Source of the DNA: Elusimicrobiota bacterium
GTDB lineage: Bacteria; Elusimicrobiota; Elusimicrobia; UBA1565
Length of the DNA stretch: 42,926 bases
Reading direction: 5' to 3'
Assembly: GCA_043819795.1 (NCBI GenBank)
Contig: JBDREN010000032.1
Location: forward strand, 1-42,926
Shown here piece by piece: positions 1 to 10,331 of this stretch (positions within the stretch are counted from its first letter, which is position 1; every line of letters begins with the position of its first letter). A model generated the notes under the pieces. It did not search any database. It saw only the letters and a program-made list of their open reading frames with translations, and was not told the origin of the DNA. The position numbers and the translations under genes are program-made.

Positions 1-141
1 CCGGGGCCTGCAATCGCCTGGAAGCGGCCTGCGCCTGCGTTGCTCCTCGGTCACATCCCGTCGAGGGATGCTCCCTCGTCGCGCCTTGGCTCGGCTCGCT
101 CCAGGCGATTTCGCCGTCCGAAATACTTTTGCCACGGGCTG

Positions 142-1047
142 CTAGCGGAAAACGGCCCGCCTGACCGGGCCGGGGCATTCCTTCTGCGGGATGTGGCCGC
201 ATTCCGCGACCGCCGTGAAGACGGAGCCCTTGATCAGGCGGTGGAACTCCTTTCCCTGCGCGACGGGGACCACTTTGTCCGCCTCGCCCCAGATGATCCG
301 CACCGGGATCGCGAGCCGCGAGATATCCCGGTCCAGGAAATCCTCGTTGGTGATCGAAGATATGACGGCCGTGGTCTTCCTTGCCCGGAGCCTTTCGGCC
401 AGCTCGATCCAGACCCGCGGAGGGGCCTTGGCCGGCCGGTAGTACGTCCGCCCGTGAAGCGCCTTCAGGCCCTCCGAGGTGGGGTCGGTTAGTATCCTGG
501 CCGCTTCCCGCGACGCTCCGCTGGGGTCGGACAAGCCCGCGGCCCCGATCAGCACGAGATCCTTGACCCCCTCCGGCCAATCCAGGGCCAACCAGGAGGC
601 GATCCAGCCTCCCAGACTGTTGCCCACCACCGTCCATTCCGGGCAGGCTTCGGCCAAGGCCGACCGGAGGATCTTGGCCTGGCTCCTCGGGCGGAAGCCG
701 TCCATGTCTTCCGGAGGGCGCGACCCATCGGTGGCGGGCAGGTTGAGGGCGTAGAGCCTGAATCCCCGAGGGGGCGGCCCGCTTTCGGTATCGCCGACGA
801 GGATGCGCCTCCACGCGGTCGCGTCGTCCCCCAGGCCGTGGATGAGGGCCACGCAGCGGCAGGTCTTCTCGCCGCCGCAGGTATCTTTCCGGAAACCGGT
901 CAGCCCGCCGACCGACACCCGCCGCGCGCCGCCTCTCCAGAGCAGGTGGCGGACGTGGAGGCTATGGGCCTTGAGCGGATGGAGCCATACCCACCCGCCG
1001 GCGGCGGCGAGGGATGCCGCCATAAGCGCGGCGAGCGCCGCCGCCAT
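142..1047 (-). CDS. Alpha/beta fold hydrolase with N-terminal hydrophobic anchor or signal
   Basis: HGLGD oxyanion motif, GNSLGG nucleophile elbow, IIWGEADKVVP acid motif, CGHIPQKE catalytic His. Start moved to ATG 1047 just after the upstream gene's stop; the ORF track start 1113 overlaps that gene. Confidence 0.85.
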   Translation of the reverse strand: MAAALAALMAASLAAAGGWVWLHPLKAHSLHVRHLLWRGGARRVSVGGLTGFRKDTCGGEKTCRCVALIHGLGDDATAWRRILVGDTESGPPPRGFRLYALNLPATDGSRPPEDMDGFRPRSQAKILRSALAEACPEWTVVGNSLGGWIASWLALDWPEGVKDLVLIGAAGLSDPSGASREAARILTDPTSEGLKALHGRTYYRPAKAPPRVWIELAERLRARKTTAVISSITNEDFLDRDISRLAIPVRIIWGEADKVVPVAQGKEFHRLIKGSVFTAVAECGHIPQKECPGPVRRAVFR

Positions 1048-1051
1048 TCTC

Positions 1052-1432
1052 CTACGCCCACCAGACGCCATGGCCCTCCGCTTTGAGGCTTTTCGCCAGC
1101 CTCGCCTCGGCATCCTCAGCCGCCTTCCGCGTTCTGAAAGGGTTCAGTCCCTCGAAGAGCCTGCGCCGTAGGTAGAGCCCGTACTTCCGGACGTACACAT
1201 TGGACCTGTTCTCGGCTATCAGGCCCGCCCGCGCGTCGCAGATGCACCGGAAGCGGATATCCTTCCCGTGGCAGACCTTGTGCTGCCTGTAGCGGCAGTC
1301 GGGATCGTGATAGGACTGGCCGACGTAGAAGCATCTGGCGCCCGGCTCCATGCCGGGATTGCGCTTGCGAAACCGGGCGGAGGCCGAGGCCACGGCGGGG
1401 TCGAGCTCGATCACGTAGACGTGGAACGGCAT
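1052..1432 (-). CDS. Small hypothetical protein, GIY-YIG-like
   Basis: HVYVIEL...CFYVGQS...YRQHK and C-terminal AEDAEARLA resemble GIY-YIG core elements; TACAAT lies 8 nt upstream of the ATG. Confidence 0.55.
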   Translation of the reverse strand: MPFHVYVIELDPAVASASARFRKRNPGMEPGARCFYVGQSYHDPDCRYRQHKVCHGKDIRFRCICDARAGLIAENRSNVYVRKYGLYLRRRLFEGLNPFRTRKAAEDAEARLAKSLKAEGHGVWWA

Positions 1433-1628
1433 GGGCCTCTATTGTAGTAGTCTGCCGCGTCTCGAGGCCAGCCCTTGTGAGTCCCGAAGAGCGGTCCCGC
1501 GCGGCGCGCCTTTCAGGCGGCCGACGGGCACGGTCTTCGATGCCGGGCTCTGTACGGGCTGACCCCTATAAGTTTAGTAGGATATAAGAAGAGTCGTTGA
1601 CGGCCGGAGGCGTCGGGGAGCCCTTCCC

Positions 1629-3437
1629 ATGACTGAGAACCCAACCACGAAGAAGGACGACGGCCGCAAGGACGTGCTCTCGGGCCTCCGCCACGACATC
1701 CGGACGTGCGTGGGGCACATCATCGGGTACAGCGAGCTGCTCCTGGAGGAGGCCAAGGACCTCAAGCCGGAGGAGATCGTCCCGGACCTGCAAAAGATCA
1801 AGGGCTCCGGCCAGCGCCTGCTCGAGCTCGTCGAGCTGGCGTTCGGCGGGCCCGGCCAGCGCGCGAGAGCCGGAGGCCGGACGGCCGCTCAGGAGGCGGG
1901 CTCGGGCGGTCCGGCAGGCCCGCGGTGGTCTCCCTCAGCGGCCCCTTCCGCCGGACAGTCCGCGCCGGCGGAAGCGGGCGTTCTCGAGGGAGCCGTATGC
2001 CGACAGGGCGGGCCGGGGCGAATTTTGGTGGCCGACGACAGCGAGATGAACCGCGACATGCTCGCGCGCCGGCTCGAGAGCGCGGGTTACGCGGTCGACA
2101 CGGCGGCGGACGGCCGCCAAGCCCTCGATATGATCGCCAAGGGGGAGTACGATCTCGTTCTCCTCGACGTCATGATGCCGGAGCTCAACGGCCTGGAGGT
2201 CCTTAAGGCCGTGCGCGAGAATAAGTCGATCGCCGAGCTTCCCGTGGTCATGGCCACGGCCAAGGGCGCCAGCAAGGATGTCGTCGAGGCGCTGAGGCTC
2301 GGGGCCAACGACTATGTCACCAAGCCCCTCGATTTTCCCGTCGTGCTGGCGCGGACCAGGTCCCAGCTGGCGCTCAAGTTCGCCACGGAGGAGGTCCGGA
2401 GGCTGGCGGCGGGCCTGGAGGTCCGCAACGAGTTCATACGCCGGACCTTCGGCCGCTACCTGAGCGACGAGGTGGTCTCGAGGATCCTGGAGAGCCCCGA
2501 AGGGCTCGAGCTCGGCGGGGAGACGAGGCAGGTGACCATCCTGATGTCGGACCTTCGCGGGTTCACCTCCATGTCCGAGCGGCTCAAACCCGAGGAAGTC
2601 GTGCGCATGCTCAACGACTATCTCGGGGCGATGACGGAGATCATCCTCGAGCACGAGGGAACCATCGACGAGTTCGTCGGCGACGCGATCCTGGCCATCT
2701 TCGGGGCTCCTATCTCCCGCGAGGACGACGCCCGGCGGGCTCTGGCCTGCGCGCTCTCGATGCAGGCGGCGCTGGAGAAGATCAGCCTCCGGCTCCGTGA
2801 CGAGGGGCTTCCGGCCCTCGATATGGGGATCGCGGTCCACACGGGGCCGGCCGTGGTGGGGAACATCGGCTCGCAAAGGCGGGCCAAATACGGGGTCGTG
2901 GGCCCTCCGGTCAATATGACCGGAAGGATCGAGAGCCACACTGTGGGCGGCCAGATCCTGGTCTCGGAGCAGACCGTCCGGCGGGCCGGGGACGACGTCG
3001 AGCTAGGCCGCCGGTTCGATCTGCGGGTCAAGGGGGCGTTGGAGCCCATGGCGGTCCACGAGTTGCTCGGGCTCGGGGGCGGCCGCGGTGTCCGTCTGCC
3101 GGAGAGGGGCCGCGGCCTGGTCCCGGTCCCAAAGGAGGTCTCGGTCCGGTTCACCCTTCTCGAAGGCAAGGAGGTGGGCGCCTCGGCGATGACAGGGATT
3201 CTCGTCAGGCTCTCCACGACGGACGCCGAGATCCGGTCGCAGGCCCGTCCCGAACCCTTGAGCGACTTCAAGCTCGCTTTCAGCGCCGACGAGGGCCGGA
3301 CCGTCGTCGAGAACGTATACGCGAAGGTGACGGACGCCCTGGAGGGGGGTCTGTTCCGGGTCCGCTTCACCTCCATGTCGCCGGTGGCCGGGGTCTGGAT
3401 CCGGGACGTCCTTCCCGGGGCGGCCAGCGACAGATGA
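1629..3437 (+). CDS. Class III adenylate/guanylate cyclase with N-terminal HisKA/DHp-like segment and receiver domain
   Basis: [18 protein letters not shown] (DHp-like); ILVADDSEMNR/LLDVMMP/YVTKP (REC); ILMSDLRGFT, IDEFVGDAILAIFGAP, VVGNIGS, VNMTGRIES (cyclase catalytic motifs). Confidence 0.92.
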   Translation: MTENPTTKKDDGRKDVLSGLRHDIRTCVGHIIGYSELLLEEAKDLKPEEIVPDLQKIKGSGQRLLELVELAFGGPGQRARAGGRTAAQEAGSGGPAGPRWSPSAAPSAGQSAPAEAGVLEGAVCRQGGPGRILVADDSEMNRDMLARRLESAGYAVDTAADGRQALDMIAKGEYDLVLLDVMMPELNGLEVLKAVRENKSIAELPVVMATAKGASKDVVEALRLGANDYVTKPLDFPVVLARTRSQLALKFATEEVRRLAAGLEVRNEFIRRTFGRYLSDEVVSRILESPEGLELGGETRQVTILMSDLRGFTSMSERLKPEEVVRMLNDYLGAMTEIILEHEGTIDEFVGDAILAIFGAPISREDDARRALACALSMQAALEKISLRLRDEGLPALDMGIAVHTGPAVVGNIGSQRRAKYGVVGPPVNMTGRIESHTVGGQILVSEQTVRRAGDDVELGRRFDLRVKGALEPMAVHELLGLGGGRGVRLPERGRGLVPVPKEVSVRFTLLEGKEVGASAMTGILVRLSTTDAEIRSQARPEPLSDFKLAFSADEGRTVVENVYAKVTDALEGGLFRVRFTSMSPVAGVWIRDVLPGAASDR

Positions 3438-3588
3438 TCGCTTTTTTCGTACGCTAGATGCGTGCCGCTTTCGTGAGCCGTTTTTGTAGGATGATGACCG
3501 GGCCGGCCCCGACGTTCCGTGCCGGAACCACGGGCCTGATCCTTCGGGGCCCAAGGCTTTCAGCGCGACGTTTCCGAGGAGGTGTTCG

Positions 3589-4527
3589 ATGTCTCTGACC
3601 CTGTACTGGATGCAGACCGGCTGCTGTTCGGGCGATTCGATGTCGTTGCTCAATACGGAGTCGCCCAACCTGGTGGAGGCCCTGAGCCTGCTGGACGTGG
3701 ATGTCCTTTGGCACCCGTCTTTGTCCAATCCGACACTTAATGACCGGCACGAGCTGCACGAGCATCTTCTGCTCGGCCGGAAGCCGCTGGACATCCTCTG
3801 CGTCGAGGGCGCCGTCCTCCGCGGGCCGGGCGGCACGGGGATGTACGACACCGTGGATGGAAAGCCGAAGAAGAACCTGGTTTCCGCGCTGGCCAAGAGG
3901 GCCCAGTACGTCGTGGCCGTGGGCACCTGCGCGAGCTTCGGAGGGATTGTCGCCGACGGGGAGGTGGAGGCCACGGGCCTGCAGTTCCATAAGACCGAGA
4001 AGGGCGGGTTCCTCGGCAAGGACTTTACCGCCGGCAGCGGGCTGCCCGTGATCAACCTGGCCGGCTGCCCTGTGCACTGCGAGGCGGTGGTGGGAGCCCT
4101 GAGCGCGCTGGCCGCGGGCACGCCCCTGGACCTCGACGATTACCACCGGCCGGTCCAGTGGTACGGGATGGTCGTCCACCAGGGCTGCACCCGGAACGAG
4201 TACCATGAATACCGCGTGGAGGAGAAGGACTTCGGCGAGAAGGGCTGCCTGTTCTTCCATATGGGCTGCCAGGGCCCCCTCACCTACGGCCCCTGCAACA
4301 AGCTCCTTTGGAACAGGCGCTCCTCGAAGACCCGGGTCGGGGTGCCCTGCCATGGCTGCACCCAGCCCGACTTTCCCAAGCGCCATCCGTTCTTCGAGAC
4401 GCGGAACATAGAAGGCATCCCCATCGACCTGCCGGACGGCGTGAAGCGCGCGCACTACATGGTCTACAAGGGGATGGCCGCGGTGGCGTCGCCGGAGCGT
4501 CTCAAGAAGAGGAAGACGGGGATATAG
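3589..4527 (+). CDS. [NiFe]-hydrogenase small subunit, HupU/HoxB-like sensory type (no Tat signal)
   Basis: GCCSGDSMS, VGTCASFGG, GCPVH, HQGCTRNEY, GCLFFHMGCQGP, GVPCHGC Fe-S ligands; no twin-arginine leader; GAGGAGG RBS. Confidence 0.93.
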   Translation: MSLTLYWMQTGCCSGDSMSLLNTESPNLVEALSLLDVDVLWHPSLSNPTLNDRHELHEHLLLGRKPLDILCVEGAVLRGPGGTGMYDTVDGKPKKNLVSALAKRAQYVVAVGTCASFGGIVADGEVEATGLQFHKTEKGGFLGKDFTAGSGLPVINLAGCPVHCEAVVGALSALAAGTPLDLDDYHRPVQWYGMVVHQGCTRNEYHEYRVEEKDFGEKGCLFFHMGCQGPLTYGPCNKLLWNRRSSKTRVGVPCHGCTQPDFPKRHPFFETRNIEGIPIDLPDGVKRAHYMVYKGMAAVASPERLKKRKTGI

Positions 4528-4536
4528 AGGCAAGAC

Positions 4537-6081
4537 ATGAAAGTCGAAACCTACGAGAAAGTCGTGAACATCCCGGCCAACCGAGTGGAGGGCGACCTCG
4601 AGGTGAAGGTGGCGTTCGAGAACGGCGCCGTCTCCGAGGCGTGGAGCGCCGGCATCATGTTCCGGGGGATCGAGAACATCCTGGTCGGCCGGGCCGCCAT
4701 GGACGCGCTGGTGCTGACCTCCCGCATCTGCGGGCTCTGCAGCGTATCCCATCTGACGGCCGCCGCCCGCGCCCTGGACATGATCTCCGGGGCCAAGGTG
4801 CCCGACAACGGGAAGAGGCTCAGGAACGTCTGCCTGATGACGGAGCACATCCAGGGCGACATGCGCCACGGGTTCCTCATGTTCACGGCGGACTTCGTCA
4901 ATCCGGCGTACAAGGACCTTCCCCTGTATGATGAGGCCGTGCGCCGCTACGAGCCCTTCAAGGGCGAGACGGTGATCGAGGCCATCAAGGAGACCAAGAG
5001 GGCCGTCGAGATCATCGCCATCCTCGGGGGTCAGTGGCCCCATTCGGCCTTCATGGTGCCCGGCGGCGTGGCGTGGAACCCCACGCCGGGCGACCTCCTC
5101 CAGTGCCGGAATCTGCTGGGGCGCTACCGGCAGTGGTACGAGGAGCGGGTCCTGGGCTGCTCCTTGGATCGCTGGCGGCAGGTGAAGAGCGCGTCGGACC
5201 TCGACGCGTGGCTCAAGGAGTCCGACGTCCACCGGGACAGCGACCTGGGCTTCTACATCCGTTTCTCTCGTCAGGCGGGCCTGGACAGGATCGGTAAGGG
5301 ATACGGGAACTTCCTCAGCTACGGGTCGCTGCCGATGCCGGACCGGACATCCATTTCCGTCAACGGCAAGGGCCCCCAGTTGACCCCCGCGGGGTTCGCC
5401 GAGGGAACGAAGGGGCGGCCCTTCGACGAGAAGAAGGTGAGCGAGCACGTGACCCATTCCTGGTTCAGGGACTACGAGGGCGGCCGCCATCCGTTCGAGG
5501 GGGAGACCAAGCCGTACGCCACGGGCGGGGAGGCGGAGAAGTACTCCTGGGCCAAGGCGCCCCGCTACGACGGAGCCCCGGCCGAGACGGGGCCCTTGGC
5601 GGAGAGGATGGTCGCCGGCGATCCCCTCTTCACCGACCTGGCCGGCAAAGACGGACCGAACGTCTTCGTGAGGGAGCTGGCCCGGCTGCTGCGCCCGGCC
5701 ACGCTGATGCCGGCCATGGACACCTGGCTGCGGGAGATGATGCAGGACCATGGCCCGTACTACGTGAAACCGGGAGAGATCAAAGACGGGCAAGGCTGCG
5801 GGCTGGTCCACGCGGCCCGGGGAGCCCTCGGCCATTGGGTCAAGGTCGAGGACGGCAAGATCAAGCATTACCAGGTCATCACGCCCACGGCGTGGCACGC
5901 GTCGCCGCGCGACTCCCAGCTTCGCCGGGGGCCGTGGGAGGAGGCCCTCGTCGGCACCAAGGTCCGCGACGTGGAGAACCCCGTGGAGGTCGGCCACGTG
6001 CTCCGGTCCTACGACCCCTGCATGGTGTGCTGCGTCCATACCCTCCGGAAGGGACGGCCGTCCGGGAAGGTCCGGGTATGA
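4537..6081 (+). CDS. [NiFe]-hydrogenase large subunit, HupV/HoxC-like (group 2b/2c)
   Basis: RVEGDL; L1 motif RICGLCSVSH; L2 motif DPCMVCCVH followed by a 13-aa C-terminal extension. Confidence 0.95.
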   Translation: MKVETYEKVVNIPANRVEGDLEVKVAFENGAVSEAWSAGIMFRGIENILVGRAAMDALVLTSRICGLCSVSHLTAAARALDMISGAKVPDNGKRLRNVCLMTEHIQGDMRHGFLMFTADFVNPAYKDLPLYDEAVRRYEPFKGETVIEAIKETKRAVEIIAILGGQWPHSAFMVPGGVAWNPTPGDLLQCRNLLGRYRQWYEERVLGCSLDRWRQVKSASDLDAWLKESDVHRDSDLGFYIRFSRQAGLDRIGKGYGNFLSYGSLPMPDRTSISVNGKGPQLTPAGFAEGTKGRPFDEKKVSEHVTHSWFRDYEGGRHPFEGETKPYATGGEAEKYSWAKAPRYDGAPAETGPLAERMVAGDPLFTDLAGKDGPNVFVRELARLLRPATLMPAMDTWLREMMQDHGPYYVKPGEIKDGQGCGLVHAARGALGHWVKVEDGKIKHYQVITPTAWHASPRDSQLRRGPWEEALVGTKVRDVENPVEVGHVLRSYDPCMVCCVHTLRKGRPSGKVRV

Positions 6082-6518
6082 TGGGACCGGGGGGGATCCG
6101 CCGGATCGTCTGCGTGGGCAACCGCCTGCTCCCCACCGATGACGCGGGGCCCAGAGTGTACGACCTCCTGAGCCGGAGGGCGCTGCCCGCGGGCGTGGAG
6201 ATCGTCGACGGAGGGCTTTCCGGGCTGGACCTGCTGCGCTGCGTCGAGGGCGCCGAGCGCGTGGTGTTCGTGGACTCCGTCCAGGGCTTCGCCCGGCCCG
6301 GGGAGATCGTGACCCTGGAGGCCGAGGACCTGTCGAGGCATGAGGCTCCCGAGTACGGCCACTCGGACGGGCTGGCCTACCTCCTTAATGCGCTTCCGGC
6401 CGTTTGCGAGGGGAAGGTTCCGGAGCTCGCCCTGGTGGGCGTGGAGGGGGCCGCGGACGGGCGGGGCCTTCGGGCCATGGCCGACGCGTCGGTGCGCCTG
6501 GCGACGCGAACCGACTGA
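6078..6518 (+). CDS. Hydrogenase maturation protease
   Basis: [27 protein letters not shown] and a conserved His (YGH); ATG overlaps the large-subunit TGA. Confidence 0.9.
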   Translation: MMGPGGIRRIVCVGNRLLPTDDAGPRVYDLLSRRALPAGVEIVDGGLSGLDLLRCVEGAERVVFVDSVQGFARPGEIVTLEAEDLSRHEAPEYGHSDGLAYLLNALPAVCEGKVPELALVGVEGAADGRGLRAMADASVRLATRTD

Positions 6519-6592
6519 CGGGATGTCGCGGACGCAAGCGCCGCGAGGCGAGGCGGGCTTGCGGCGCCGGATCGACTGACCCGGGAACGGAT

Positions 6593-8701
6593 ATGGCAGA
6601 TATCGAAGAGAAGAACGCGCAGAGGCAAGAGATCGAGCTTCTGCGTGCGGAAATCCGCACCGCGCACGAGGCCGCGGACGTGAACGCCCAGCTGGTGGTG
6701 AATCAGTTCGAGGAGACCGAAAAGCTCCTCCACCGGTTCCAGATCGCCAACTCGCAGCGCGAGGCCGTGCTCGAGGCCGCCTCCAAGGTGTCGATCGTCG
6801 CGGCGGACCGGAAGGGCAATATCCAGCTTTTCAACAGCGGCGCCGAGAAGATGCTCGGCTACTCCCGCGACGAGGTGGTCGGCAAGCTGTCCCCCATCGC
6901 CTTGCACGTGGAGGAGGAGCTCTCGGCCCGCAGCGGCGAGCTGGGAAAGGAGCTCGATCGCGGGGTGGACGGCGTGGGGCTTTTCCTGGAGTACGCCAAG
7001 CGGGGGAAGTCCGGGGAGCGGGAGTGGACCTACGTGCGCAAGGACGGGTCCCGGTTTCCCGTTAGCATGTCCGTGACGCCGCTCTTGGACGAGGAGGGGA
7101 TCCCCGCCGGCTTCCTTTGCGCGGCCATGGACATCTCGGATAGCAAAAGGGTCGAGATCGAGCTCCAGAAGGCCAAGGACGCGGCGGAGGCGGCGAATCG
7201 CACGAAGAGCACCTTCCTGGCCAACATGAGCCACGAGTTGCGCACGCCCCTCAACGCCATCATCGGCTACAGCGAGTTGCTGCAGGAGGAGGCGGAGGAC
7301 CTCAAGCAGGAGGGGTTCATCACCGACCTCAAGAAGATCCGGAGCGCGGGCAAGCACCTGCTCTCGCTCATCAACGACGTGCTGGACCTCTCGAAGATCG
7401 AGGCCGGCAGGATGGACCTTTTCCTGGAGGATTTCGACGTTAAGAGGATGATCGACGACGTGGTGCCGATCGTCCAGCCGATGCTCGCCAAGAACTCCAA
7501 CCAGCTGAGGATCAACGCCGCTGAGGACTTGGGGGGCATGCGCGCCGACCTGACCCGCGTGCGCCAGGTGCTCTTGAACCTCCTCTCCAACGCCGCCAAG
7601 TTCACCGAGAAGGGGACGGTCACGCTCGACGCCGCGCGCAAAAAGGCGGACGGGGCGGACTGGCTCGAGTTGAGCGTGAGCGACTCGGGCATCGGGATGA
7701 AGCCGGAACAGATGCGGAGGCTCTTCGATGCCTTCTCCCAGGCCGACGCGTCGACCACGCGGAGGTTCGGGGGGACGGGGCTCGGGCTCGCCATCAGCCG
7801 GAACGTCTGCCGGATGATGGGGGGCGACGTCACGGCCGCGAGCGAGTACGGCAAGGGCTCGACCTTCACTATGCGCGTCCCGACCCGGGTCGATGCGGGG
7901 AAGCCGGCGCCGGAGGCTCCGGCGCCGGTCGTGCCCGCGGAGGAGGGGGAGGCGTTCACGGTCCTGGTCATCGACGACGACCCGGTGGTGCTCAACCTGA
8001 TGAGCCGCATGCTGGGCAAGGAGGGCTTCCGGGTGGTCACCGCGCCGAGCGGGGCCCAGGGACTGCATCTTGCCAAGCAGGCGCGCCCCAGCGTCATCAC
8101 CCTCGACGTGCTGATGCCCGAGATGGACGGCTGGGCCGTTCTCAAGGAGCTCAAGGCCGACGCCGGGCTGGCCGACGTCCCGGTGATCATGGTGACGATG
8201 ATCGACCAGCGCCAGATAGGCTACACGCTGGGCGCCTCGGACTATCTCATGAAGCCCATCGAGCGCGGGCGCCTGGTCAAGGTGGTGCAGAAATTCTGCC
8301 GCATCGATTCCGGCGAGCCGGTCCTGATCGTGGAGGACGACACGACCACGCGGGAGATGATCGCGGCCATGCTGAGGAAGTCCGGCTGGCAGGTGAGCGA
8401 GGCCGAGAACGGGCGGGTGGCCCTTCAGAGCGTGGCCCAGAAGAAGCCCGGGCTGATCCTGCTGGACTTGATGATGCCCGAGATGGACGGCTTCGAGTTC
8501 CTCGAGGAGTTCCGCAAGGGCGCTCTGTGGCCGTCGGTCCCCATCATCGTCATCACGGCCAAGGAGCTGACGGCCAAGGATCGCCTGCGTCTCGACGGCT
8601 TCGTGGAGAAGGTGATCCAGAAGGGACTCTGGAGCCAGGCCGACTTGCTCAAGGAGATCCGGAAGCTGGTGTTGGGCTACGCCCGGCAGAAGGCGAGTTA
8701 G
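6593..8701 (+). CDS. Hybrid sensor histidine kinase (coiled coil-PAS-HisKA-HATPase-REC-REC)
   Basis: [12 protein letters not shown] and RKDGSRFPV (PAS/PAC); [15 protein letters not shown]-box; [23 protein letters not shown]; two receiver domains; start MADIEEK at 6593. Confidence 0.95.
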   Translation: MADIEEKNAQRQEIELLRAEIRTAHEAADVNAQLVVNQFEETEKLLHRFQIANSQREAVLEAASKVSIVAADRKGNIQLFNSGAEKMLGYSRDEVVGKLSPIALHVEEELSARSGELGKELDRGVDGVGLFLEYAKRGKSGEREWTYVRKDGSRFPVSMSVTPLLDEEGIPAGFLCAAMDISDSKRVEIELQKAKDAAEAANRTKSTFLANMSHELRTPLNAIIGYSELLQEEAEDLKQEGFITDLKKIRSAGKHLLSLINDVLDLSKIEAGRMDLFLEDFDVKRMIDDVVPIVQPMLAKNSNQLRINAAEDLGGMRADLTRVRQVLLNLLSNAAKFTEKGTVTLDAARKKADGADWLELSVSDSGIGMKPEQMRRLFDAFSQADASTTRRFGGTGLGLAISRNVCRMMGGDVTAASEYGKGSTFTMRVPTRVDAGKPAPEAPAPVVPAEEGEAFTVLVIDDDPVVLNLMSRMLGKEGFRVVTAPSGAQGLHLAKQARPSVITLDVLMPEMDGWAVLKELKADAGLADVPVIMVTMIDQRQIGYTLGASDYLMKPIERGRLVKVVQKFCRIDSGEPVLIVEDDTTTREMIAAMLRKSGWQVSEAENGRVALQSVAQKKPGLILLDLMMPEMDGFEFLEEFRKGALWPSVPIIVITAKELTAKDRLRLDGFVEKVIQKGLWSQADLLKEIRKLVLGYARQKAS

Positions 8702-8712
8702 GGAGACAAGCG

Positions 8713-9078
8713 ATGTCCAAGCTTCTTCTGATCGAGGACAACGAGATGAACCGGGACATGCTGTCGCGGCGGCTTCAGCGGCGCGGGTTCGAGGTCGTCG
8801 AGGCGGTGGACGGCAAGGAGGGGATGGCCAAGGCCCATGCCGAGTCCCCGGACCTGATCCTGATGGACCTGAGCCTGCCTGAGCTCGACGGCTGGCAGGT
8901 CACGCGCCTGCTCAAGGCGGACGACGCGACCCGGAAGATCCCCGTCATCGCGCTGACGTCGCACGCGATGGCGGGCGACCGCGAGAAGGCGCTCGAGGCC
9001 GGGGCGGACGAGTACGAGCCCAAGCCCATCGAGTTCACGCGGCTGCTGGAGAAGATGCAGGCGCTGCTGGGAAAGTGA
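8713..9078 (+). CDS. Single-domain response regulator (DivK/CheY-like)
   Basis: LLIEDNEMNRDML, ILMDLSLP, IPVIALTSHAM, KPI; GGAG upstream of ATG 8713. Confidence 0.93.
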   Translation: MSKLLLIEDNEMNRDMLSRRLQRRGFEVVEAVDGKEGMAKAHAESPDLILMDLSLPELDGWQVTRLLKADDATRKIPVIALTSHAMAGDREKALEAGADEYEPKPIEFTRLLEKMQALLGK

Positions 9079-9109
9079 GCCGCCGGGGCGAGACCCGGGG
9101 CGACGAGAG

Positions 9110-9592
9110 GTGACGGTGAAAAAGCTGAAGATGGCGGCGGTCGATTTCGAGCGTCTCGGGCAATTGCTGCGCAAGGTGGACTTCTTCGAGTCTCTGACCG
9201 TCCGGGAGATGGAGAAGATCCTCCCCTATGTCACGCTGTACCAGTACAAGGCCGGGGAGAAGGTGTTCAAGGAAGGGACCGAAGGGGACGCCTTCTACAT
9301 CATCTACGACGGCTGCGTCAGCGTCCGGGCCAAGGACAAGAAGAGTTTCTTCGGTTTCTCCCAGGAGGTGGACCGGATCGAGGCGGGGGACTGCTTCGGC
9401 GAGATGGCGCTTCTCAGCAACGCCAAGCGCAACGCCGCCATCGTCTGCGAGGCGCCCACGCGCCTGTTCATGCTGTTGGCTTCGGATTTCAACTACGTGC
9501 TGAACCAGAACCCGGCGTTCGCGGACAAGATCGCGAAGATCGCGGAGCAGCGGCGCGTGCATCGCCGCGAGGTCGACAGCCAGGTGGATTAG
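9110..9592 (+). CDS. Stand-alone cyclic nucleotide-binding domain protein
   Basis: VFKEGTEGDAFYIIYDG and GDCFGEMALL...RNA phosphate-binding cassette; no HTH. Confidence 0.9.
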   Translation: MTVKKLKMAAVDFERLGQLLRKVDFFESLTVREMEKILPYVTLYQYKAGEKVFKEGTEGDAFYIIYDGCVSVRAKDKKSFFGFSQEVDRIEAGDCFGEMALLSNAKRNAAIVCEAPTRLFMLLASDFNYVLNQNPAFADKIAKIAEQRRVHRREVDSQVD

Positions 9593-9597
9593 GCGTA

Positions 9598-10320
9598 CTA
9601 CTTCTTCCTGCAGAGGAAGTGGAAGTAGGGCATGAACAGGAACAGGGCCGGGTCCTCGCGCAGATCCTCGAGGGCTTTCCCGCCCGGACTCCTTTCGGCG
9701 CCCAGTTCGCGGGCCAGAGCGTATTCCTCATCCAGCGAGTCGCCGAGCCTGTCCCGGTCGAGCAAAGAGGGATGCAGGCCGGACTCGACCTCCAAGCCCG
9801 CCTCCATCATGAGCCCGCGCAGCCTGCGCCCAATGAACGGGTCGGCTCCCTGACTGCGCAGGCCTCGGACGAGAGCCTCGGTGAGGGCGAAGGACTCGGG
9901 ATGCTCGATGCGGCCCCCGTAGTCCGGCTCGGCCGCGGCCACGAGGACCCCGCCGGGCTCAAGGACGCGGACGATCTCGGAGACGGCCTTCACCGGATCG
10001 CGCGCCCAGAGGAAGAACATCTGAGTGAACGCCAGGTCGAACGCGCCGTCCTCGAAGGGAAGGTCTTCGGCCCGGGCGGCCGTCCGCTCCACGCCCTCGA
10101 AATTGGCGGGAGCCTCCCGGAACACGCCGGGATCGGCGTCGCAGGCCGTGACGCGGCCGCGGCACCTGCGCCGCAGCTCCCGGGTGACGACCCCGGTTCC
10201 GCAGCCGAGGTCCAGGACTCGTCGCCGCTCCCGGATCCCGGCCCGTAGAAGAAGACGGGACCGGACGGGATAGAACCAGCGGCCCTGGCGCGCGTAGCGC
10301 TCGCGGCGGGCGGAAGGGAT
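9598..10320 (-). CDS. Class I SAM-dependent methyltransferase
   Basis: VLDLGCGTG motif I, AEDLPFEDGAFD, VLEPGG. Start uncertain: an in-frame ATC at 10320 follows GGAGG; the ORF track start is 10365. Confidence 0.85.
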   Translation of the reverse strand: MPSARRERYARQGRWFYPVRSRLLLRAGIRERRRVLDLGCGTGVVTRELRRRCRGRVTACDADPGVFREAPANFEGVERTAARAEDLPFEDGAFDLAFTQMFFLWARDPVKAVSEIVRVLEPGGVLVAAAEPDYGGRIEHPESFALTEALVRGLRSQGADPFIGRRLRGLMMEAGLEVESGLHPSLLDRDRLGDSLDEEYALARELGAERSPGGKALEDLREDPALFLFMPYFHFLCRKK

Positions 10321-10331
10321 GGCGGCCTCCG

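Noticed and set aside
3454..6039. 861-aa minus-strand ORF, and similar long antisense ORFs (6377-8068, 22498-24303, 31929-33593, 36801-38804)
   Set aside because: They lie antisense to well-supported genes, carry no recognisable motifs, and are expected shadows of high-GC codon usage.
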